Assembly (NCBI GenBank): GCA_964635525.1
Contig: CAZWPW010000001.1
Location: 1 to 27,646, forward strand
Direction of reading: 5' to 3'
DNA from: an uncultured Bacteroidaceae bacterium
GTDB lineage: Bacteria; Bacteroidota; Bacteroidia; Bacteroidales; Bacteroidaceae
Length of the DNA stretch: 27,646 bases
Translations under genes and position numbers: made by a program
Notes under the pieces: generated by a model
The model's input: only the letters and a program-made list of their open reading frames with translations
Databases searched by the model: none
What the model was told of the DNA's origin: nothing
Part shown: positions 18,046 to 25,700 of the stretch, piece by piece
How positions within the stretch are numbered: position 1 is the first letter of the stretch
How the letters are laid out: each line of letters begins with the position of its first letter

Positions 18046-21000
18046 ATGAAAGCAACAAAATTTTTACTGTTAACCGTTTGCACGGTGCTTGCATCAGCCA
18101 TCTATGCCCAGCAGCCTTACGGCGGGTGCTGGCATGTGGAGTATGTAGCAAACTGGTCGCCTGAAACCGACGAGGATGCCAAATTCAACCGCAGCTTAGT
18201 CAAACTGCAGCCGCGAATCGACGGCAACGAAATCAAGGCCAATGATTACCAGTACCCTGATGCCTTGATAGGCGCGTGCCTGACCATGAACCCCATGTGC
18301 AGCACGACACCATCGCAAGGCGCTAACAATTTCATAGGCTACAACCCAACCTACTGGCAGTACATGGACTTGGTAGTGTGGTGGGGAGGCTCGGCAGGCG
18401 AAGGCATCATTATTCCCCCATCGGCTCCTTTCACTGACATCTGCCACATGAACGGAGTCAAAGTGCTTGGTAATGTCTTTTTCCCGCCACGTTCCTACAG
18501 CGGTGACCCGGCATGGGTAACAGAGTTCCTGAAACAAGAGAACGGTGCTTACCCCTATGCAGAGAAGATGTACGAGATAGCCAAGTATTACGGCTTCGAC
18601 GGCTGGTTCTTGAATGAAGAAACCTATGCCAGCACAAATGCACAATGGGAAGCCTGGATGGAGTACTTCTACCAAGTGGCGCATGCTGACGGCAATTACG
18701 ACATGCACTTGCAATGGTATGATGCGACATATAGCGTAGCAGACGTAGTTGACATGTTGAACATAGATGACAACGTCTCCTTCATGGTGAATTATGGAGC
18801 CGCAACCTCAGGATACATTGCCTCAAACAGGAATTCCTATACTTCAGGCACAGGAAAGAGTGAAGAACAGTTCTTCGCCCAAGTCTATTCAGGCTTGGAG
18901 ATGGCTCAAGGCGGACTCAATGGCAACGCCAGCAACTTTCAAAACGCATTGCCAAGCACAGGGCATAACATCTCGTTGCAGCTGTTCAACCCTGAGGAAA
19001 ACATCTGGAAGACAGTCGTTGAAGACCTTCTTGACACCGAAAACGCAAGCGGGCAACAGGCCTACACTGCGATAAACACAGTATTTTCAAATGAATCAAG
19101 GGTGTGGGTAAATCCAAATGGCGACCCATCGAACACAAGTTACCGCGACAACAACACGCTCTGGCCGGGATTGGCAAATGCCATACTTGAACGAAGCGTA
19201 ATACAAACGAAACCCTTCGTGACCTCATTCAGCGGAGGGCAAGGGAAATATCGTTTCGTTGAAGGAGAAAAACAAGGGACACAAGACTGGTACCACCGAG
19301 GAATGCAAAGCATACTCCCGACATGGCGCTGGTGGGTTGAATCAGCATCAAGCAGCGACAACCTTTCATTCGCCATGGATTGGGATGATGCCTACAACAT
19401 AGGAACAAGCATCCTCGTAACAGGCAACGTGACGGCAAACTCCAGCAATTTAGTGCGCCTGTACAAAACCGCGCTGGAAATCGAAAGCGGTGACAAGTTC
19501 CAATTGGTATATAAGACCTCAACCGCCAATTCCATACAGCTAAAACTCGGCATAGAAGAAAACAACAATGCATTCACAGCGTTTGAACTCACATCGTCAA
19601 CCACAGTAAATGGGTGGACTGTGGCAGAAGTCGACCTGTCGTCGTTGGCAGGCAAAACGGTTTCAATCATTGCATTGGATTTCACCTCTCCGTCGACTGT
19701 TTCCAACTACGAGGCGCGCCTCGGGCAGTTGGGGATAATACCGTCGTCATACTCGCAATCACTCACGGTATCAAACCTTACGGTTGAGAACGAACTCGGA
19801 GAGGAGACCGCCGACCTGAGGATAACATGGGATGCACCGTCTGACTATGATTCACATGTCGACCATTTCGATGTTTACGTTGAACGCAACGGCACAAAGA
19901 CTTTGGTAGGACAGACGCGTGACGAAGCATTCTATGTGCCTAGATTCACACGCGAAGACAATGAGAACTCGCTCGTGGTAAGCGTGGTAACCGTGACCAA
20001 GGACATGAAACAGGGGCAAGAAGTCTCCACAACAGTTGAATACCCGGAGATGACTCTCCCCGTAGTATCTATAGTGGCTTCGCCGACATTGGCAAAAACA
20101 GGCGAACAGGTTACCCTGACAGCAGAGGCTACCAACAAGCCGCAATCATATTCTTGGGTATTGCCCGAAGGCGCTACCCTTGTCAGCCAAAGCGACAACA
20201 CGGCAACAGTCACATTCTCCGAAGAGGGGCTATACTCAATAACCGTGCGTGTGACGAACGAAGTAGGCACTACCGAAAAAGTAGAGACCGACCTCGTAGA
20301 GGTATCTAATGACCTGACGCTCGAGAACGTGGCTCTGAACAAGACCATCTATTCAGTCAGTGGCGAGCTGTCGTCATCCGGAGAAGTTGCCACCAACATC
20401 CTTGACGGCAAAAAAGAAGGTTGCACCATACACGAGAAATGGTGCGTGGGAGGCTCAAAGGAACACTGGGTCATCATTGACTTGGAACAACCCTACAAGC
20501 TATACGAATTCGTAATTTATGACGCGCAAACCAACGAAGCCGGAACCGACAACCTTGACAGCTACATCATCGAGCTGAGCAATGACCTCCTGACATGGAA
20601 CGAGGCAGTCAACACAACCGGAAGGAAAAGCGAAAACATACATTACGATTGGATAAAGCCGACAGTGGCACGCTACATACGCTTCGTGCCTTACGATGCC
20701 GATGCCCCAATAACAATACGAATATGGGAATTCGAGGCCTACGGCACTGAAAGCACCTTGCAGCTCTCGACGATAGCGCCGCAGACGATGGACATAAACT
20801 CCACATTGCAAGTCACCGGCAACTTCGCGCTGGGCAGCGAAGGACAAGAGGACAATTTCTCGATCGAAGCGACTTCCGATGCCCCCGAAGTTGTAGATGT
20901 GACCTCAACGACCGTCAACGAATCGGCAGGGACCTACACGCTCACCCTCTCGTCATCGACGGCAGTCAATGTCGCTAACATCACCGTAGCCTTGACAAAC

Positions 21001-21750
21001 GGCGACTATGTGGTTTACACTACATTCCAAGTGACGGTCAATGACCCGTCTACCGAGAACCTCGTATCGGGAATAGTGCCGACCTTCACGCAAACAGGAA
21101 GCAACCTGACAACCCCAAGCGACAAAGGTGAACTGAAAAACATCACCGATGGCGATTACACGTCCTACTATGCTCCTGACATCAACGAAACAGCCGAGTC
21201 GCAATCAACCTTCATCTTCCCGCTCAACGGGAACAAGGAGTTGAGCAACCTCGTCCTGCTCCTCGACTATGAAGACAGCGAAGTTGCCGAGTACGTTGCG
21301 CCGACAGCCATATCGGTAGAAGTCTCATCAGACGGGTCGACCTACACCGAGTGGGCTTCGCTTGAGACCTCACGCGAGATACGTGTTACTCCCGAAACGA
21401 CAGCGACTGCAACACACGTTGCCCTGAACGTCACAACGCCGTTCTTCGCCACCACGAAGATACTTGAGTTTGAACTCTATGGCACAGACGCAAGCGGCAT
21501 AGACGATGTCAATACATCAGCAGCAGTAGTCGTTGCTCCGACCGTTGTCAAGAGCGGAGAAAACATCATGGTATCGGGCGAGGAGATAGAACGCATAGAG
21601 ATAGTTTCGCTGCAAGGAATGCTTGTAAAATCGTTCAGGCCCGAGAGCAACTACACAACGGTGAACACCGGCGGTCTCGCCAAGGGCACGTACCTGATGG
21701 TTGTCAACGGCAAAGGATATGTCAAGACAGTCAAAGTCATCGTGAACTAA
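18046..21750 (+). CDS. Multimodular GH85 endo-beta-N-acetylglucosaminidase with PKD, two F5/8 type C (CBM32-like) domains and T9SS type A C-terminal domain
   Basis: SPI signal peptide. GH85 motifs YWQYMDLVVWWGGSAGEG, YGFDGWFLNEET (catalytic N-x-E) and LQWYDA. PKD about 20060-20300, F5/8 about 20320-20745 and 21055-21480, CTD 21481-21750 (IEIVSLQGMLV, LAKGTYLM, KVIVN). Confidence 0.9.
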   Translation: MKATKFLLLTVCTVLASAIYAQQPYGGCWHVEYVANWSPETDEDAKFNRSLVKLQPRIDGNEIKANDYQYPDALIGACLTMNPMCSTTPSQGANNFIGYNPTYWQYMDLVVWWGGSAGEGIIIPPSAPFTDICHMNGVKVLGNVFFPPRSYSGDPAWVTEFLKQENGAYPYAEKMYEIAKYYGFDGWFLNEETYASTNAQWEAWMEYFYQVAHADGNYDMHLQWYDATYSVADVVDMLNIDDNVSFMVNYGAATSGYIASNRNSYTSGTGKSEEQFFAQVYSGLEMAQGGLNGNASNFQNALPSTGHNISLQLFNPEENIWKTVVEDLLDTENASGQQAYTAINTVFSNESRVWVNPNGDPSNTSYRDNNTLWPGLANAILERSVIQTKPFVTSFSGGQGKYRFVEGEKQGTQDWYHRGMQSILPTWRWWVESASSSDNLSFAMDWDDAYNIGTSILVTGNVTANSSNLVRLYKTALEIESGDKFQLVYKTSTANSIQLKLGIEENNNAFTAFELTSSTTVNGWTVAEVDLSSLAGKTVSIIALDFTSPSTVSNYEARLGQLGIIPSSYSQSLTVSNLTVENELGEETADLRITWDAPSDYDSHVDHFDVYVERNGTKTLVGQTRDEAFYVPRFTREDNENSLVVSVVTVTKDMKQGQEVSTTVEYPEMTLPVVSIVASPTLAKTGEQVTLTAEATNKPQSYSWVLPEGATLVSQSDNTATVTFSEEGLYSITVRVTNEVGTTEKVETDLVEVSNDLTLENVALNKTIYSVSGELSSSGEVATNILDGKKEGCTIHEKWCVGGSKEHWVIIDLEQPYKLYEFVIYDAQTNEAGTDNLDSYIIELSNDLLTWNEAVNTTGRKSENIHYDWIKPTVARYIRFVPYDADAPITIRIWEFEAYGTESTLQLSTIAPQTMDINSTLQVTGNFALGSEGQEDNFSIEATSDAPEVVDVTSTTVNESAGTYTLTLSSSTAVNVANITVALTNGDYVVYTTFQVTVNDPSTENLVSGIVPTFTQTGSNLTTPSDKGELKNITDGDYTSYYAPDINETAESQSTFIFPLNGNKELSNLVLLLDYEDSEVAEYVAPTAISVEVSSDGSTYTEWASLETSREIRVTPETTATATHVALNVTTPFFATTKILEFELYGTDASGIDDVNTSAAVVVAPTVVKSGENIMVSGEEIERIEIVSLQGMLVKSFRPESNYTTVNTGGLAKGTYLMVVNGKGYVKTVKVIVN

Positions 21751-21810
21751 AGACGAAACACCAGCATGACGGCATCAAAGAGCCGCCGTGCATAGTGGAA
21801 ACAAATTTAC

Positions 21811-21848
21811 CTGCCTGCCACGCTTGCCGTGGCAGGCAGATGTTTTTT
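21811..21848 (+). terminator. Rho-independent terminator of the susC-susD-GH85 unit
   Basis: Perfect 12-bp stem CTGCCTGCCACG / CGTGGCAGGCAG, 5-nt loop, followed by ATGTTTTTT. Confidence 0.85.
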
Positions 21849-21857
21849 GCAAGCGAC

Positions 21858-22074
21858 GCCCGAGGCCTCCGACAGGGCTTGAAATTTTACAGAAGTACTG
21901 TCAGAGGTTCTGACAGTGCTTAAACTTTTGTAGAGGTGCCGCCCGAGGCCTCTGACAGTGCTTAAACTTTTGTAGAGGTGCTGCCCGAGGTCTCCGACAG
22001 TGCTTAAACTTTTGTAGAAGTGCTGTCAGAGGTTCGGACAGGGCTTGAAATTTTCCAGAGGTGCTGTCAGAGGC
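21858..22074. repeat. Tandem array of five 41/42-bp palindromic units plus a partial sixth (REP-like)
   Basis: Units start at 21858 (42 bp), 21900 (41), 21941 (42), 21983 (42), 22025 (41) and 22066 (partial). Shared core GAGG..TC.GACAG.GCTT.AA.TTTT..AGA.GT.C. Confidence 0.9.
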
Positions 22075-22158
22075 TTAACATCTGCTAAAACAATATAGGA
22101 GGGATATTCGCGTTATATTTAATGCGTATAGTATATCCATATTATTTCTGCCACCATA

Positions 22159-22749
22159 ATGATAGAACACATAAAAGGCGAATTGTCAGAACTCATGCCC
22201 GCCCAAGCCGTCATCGAATGCTCAGGAGTGGGATACTGCGTCAACATATCATTGAACACCTATTCAGCGTTGCAGGGAAAAAGCGAATGCAAGCTCTACA
22301 TCAGCGAGATCATCCGTGAAGACGCGCACCTGCTTTTCGGGTTCTCCACAAAGGCCGAGCGCGAGCTGTTCACGTTGCTGCTCACAGTGCCGGGGATAGG
22401 AGGCAACACGGCCAGGATGATTCTCTCGTCCTTTTCCCCGGACGAGCTCGTCGCGGTCATTACCTCGGCCAACGCCAATGCTTTGAAGGCAGTCAAAGGC
22501 ATCGGGTTGAAAACGGCACAGCGCGTGATCGTCGACCTGAAAGACAAGGTGTCATCAATATCAGAAGGCACGCAGCTCCCGGGCGTTGCCGCTACCCAGA
22601 GGGCAGAGGCCGTCGACGAGGCCGTCGCAGCGTTGACGATGCTGGGCTTTGCAGCTTTGCCGTCGAGGAAAGTTGTGGGCGCCATCCTCTCCGAATCGCC
22701 CGGTTTGAAGGTCGAAAGCCTCATCAAAGAGGCACTGAAGCGTTTATGA
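22159..22749 (+). CDS. ruvA: Holliday junction branch migration protein RuvA
   Basis: [66 protein letters not shown]. Confidence 0.96.
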   Translation: MIEHIKGELSELMPAQAVIECSGVGYCVNISLNTYSALQGKSECKLYISEIIREDAHLLFGFSTKAERELFTLLLTVPGIGGNTARMILSSFSPDELVAVITSANANALKAVKGIGLKTAQRVIVDLKDKVSSISEGTQLPGVAATQRAEAVDEAVAALTMLGFAALPSRKVVGAILSESPGLKVESLIKEALKRL

Positions 22750-22764
22750 AAACATATATGTGCG

Positions 22765-25700
22765 ATGCGCAAACGGCATTATGGCATATTCTACCTCTTA
22801 TTCCTTTTCACCGCCATCGGTGGAAGCCATATCTGCGCGCATCCCTTGTCCTCAACACAGCAAGAGGCTGATTCAACCTCGGCGCGCTATTCCGTCAGGA
22901 AGACTTACCCGGAGACCTACCAAGACCTGCTCACGCCGACGATAGACCTCAAAGACCCAGAAGGCCTCGTCACCGAAGTAGTCTACGATGAAAAGAACAA
23001 CATATACAAGGTGACAACCAAAGTGGGATCCGTACCCTTGGGGATACCGTTGTACCTCACACCCGAAGAATATGCCGACTGGTCGTTGCGCATGTCAATG
23101 GAGCAATATTACAGGAGCAAGAACGACGAACAGCTCGAAGGCGACAAGCATAACTTCGACTTGATGGACATGAAGTTCGACCTCGGCCCGGCAGAAAAGA
23201 TATTCGGTCCGGGAGGAGTGCAGATAAAAACGCAAGGAAGCGCTGAACTCCAGTTCGGGATGACTTACCGCAATACCGAAAACCCCACGCAAACCGAATC
23301 ATCCCGCAAGAACTGGGGTTTCGACTTCGATGAAAAGATAAACATAAATGTCAATGGCTCCGTCGGTGACAAAATCAACATGAACATAAACTACAACACC
23401 GACGCGACCTTCGATTTCGACACGCAGCAGATGAACCTCAAATACGAGGGGAAAGAAGATGAAATAATACAATTGCTCGAAGCCGGCGACGTCAGCATGA
23501 CAACCAACAACTCATTGATAAGAGGGGCAACATCGCTCTTCGGAATGCGGACCGACTTGCAGTTCGGCAAACTGTCAGTGCAAGCCGTCGTCTCGCAGCA
23601 GCGAACAGAATCAATGTCGGTCTCAAGCGACGGGGGAGGGCAAACAAAGGAATTCGAAATCACGATTGACGAATATGAAGAGAACAGGCACTTCTTCCTT
23701 GGGCATTTCTTCCGCGACAACTACGACAGCAACATGTCAGAAATACCCAACTCCGTGTCGGGAATATCGATAACCAGGATAGAAGTATGGGTGACGAACA
23801 AAAGAGGGAATTATGACAACCCGCGAAACATCATAGCCTTTGCCGATCTCGGGGAACAAAGCCACATCGGAAACACTTACTGGCTGCCGTCGGGAACAAC
23901 CGCAGCAACAAACAACGGCGCAAACACGCTCTACTCGGAAATGGTGTCGTCATACTCGGCGGCAAGGACAATAAGCCAGGCGGTGACGACGTTGTCGGCA
24001 ATACCCAACTTCGAAACAGGCGTCGACTACGAGAAAATAGAAAGCGCGCGACTGCTGACAAGCTCCGAGTACACGCTCAACTCATCGATAGGGTATTTGT
24101 CATTGCGCACGAAGCTCCAATCCGACGAGGTGCTTGCAGTAGCATACGAATACACCTACCGGGGGCAACGCTACCAAGTCGGGGAATTCTCATCGGACAT
24201 CGAAGACAACAACTCGGCTCTCTTCCTCAAACTGCTAAAGGGAACGGCCAACACGCCGGGGACGACCTTCTGGGACCTGATGATGAAAAACGTCTATTCG
24301 CTCAACGCATACGAAGTGCAGCAGGACGACTTCCGCCTCGACATATTGTACCAAAGCGACACGGCGGGAACATACCTCAACTATATCCCCGAAGGAAGGA
24401 TAAACCAAGAAATACTGCTGCGGGTGCTCAACCTCGACCGCCTCGACAACCAAAACCAAAACAACCCCAACGGATTCTTTGACTTCGTCGAAGGATACAC
24501 GATAATATCATCGACGGGGCAAGTGATATTCCCCGTAGTGGAACCTTTCGGCTCATACCTGCGCTCGCAGTTCCAAAACGATGCCATCGCCGACAAGTAT
24601 GTCTACCAAGAACTATACGATTCCACAAAGACTAAGGCGCAGCAGGTAGCCGAAAAAAACAAATTCGTGCTTAAAGGACAGTACCAGTCACTATCGGGAG
24701 CAGAGATATACCTCGACGCAATGAACATTCCGCAAGGGTCGGTGATTGTGACGGCAGGAGGGGTCACGCTCACCGAGAACGTCGACTACACCGTCGACTA
24801 CACAATGGGAATAGTCACGATACTCAACCAAAGCATACTTGACGCAGGAACGAAAATAAACGTCAACTTCGAAAGCAGCTCAGCATATTCGATGCAACGC
24901 AAGACGATGGTGGGGGTCAACCTCAACTATGACATATCCGACGACCTGCAGATAGGCGCAACGATAATGCACCTGAACGAAAAACCCCTGACCACGAAAG
25001 TAAGCATAGGCGACGAACCAGTAGCAAACAACATGTTCGGATTGAACCTCGCATGGAAAAACGAATCGCAGTTCTTGACGAACCTCGTCTCATGGCTGCC
25101 AGGAGTCAACCCGACGGCAAAATCAACCTTGAACCTGACAGCAGAGTTCGCGCAACTCGTGCCGGGAAAGGTCAGAGGGTTGCAGGATGATGCATCATAC
25201 ATCGACGACTTCGAATCAACAGAGGTGGGCATAGACATACGCCAACCGTCATACTGGATGATGGCAAGCGTGCCGGCATCGTTCACCGAATACTCGCTGA
25301 GCAACAACATCAACTACGGGAAAAACAGAGCCTTGATGTCATGGTACTACATCGACCCAATGATGGTAAGGCGAAATTCATCCATACAACCGACGCACCT
25401 GCGAAATGACCTCGACCAACTCTCAAACCATTACGTGAGAGAAGTCTACGAAGAAGAAGTCTTCCCCAACCGCGAAACAACAGTCGGAGAATCGTCAACG
25501 CTATCAATATTGAACGTCGCATACTATCCTGACGAACGCGGCCCGTACAACCTCGATACCGACCTGACAAGCGACGGAAAACTAAACGACCCGGAAAAAC
25601 GCTTCGGGGCAATGATGAGGAAACTCGACGTGACGGATTTCGAATCATCAAACATCGAATACCTCGAGTTCTGGCTCCTCGACCCGTTCATATACTCCGA

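Noticed and set aside
21858-22074. CRISPR array
   Set aside because: The units are contiguous with no unique spacers, the variable parts fall into two recurring types, and no cas genes are present.
22121-22148. XerC-arm-like AATGCGTATAG upstream of ruvA
   Set aside because: There is no matching XerD arm at the 6-bp spacing.
22159-22749. ruvA without ruvB/ruvC as an anomaly
   Set aside because: The ruv genes are commonly unlinked in Bacteroidota.
22746-22945. Short ORFs from ATG 22746 (overlapping the ruvA stop) and GTG 22760 as the sprA start or as small proteins
   Set aside because: Both frames stop early; only the frame from ATG 22765 gives a signal peptide and continuous SprA motifs.
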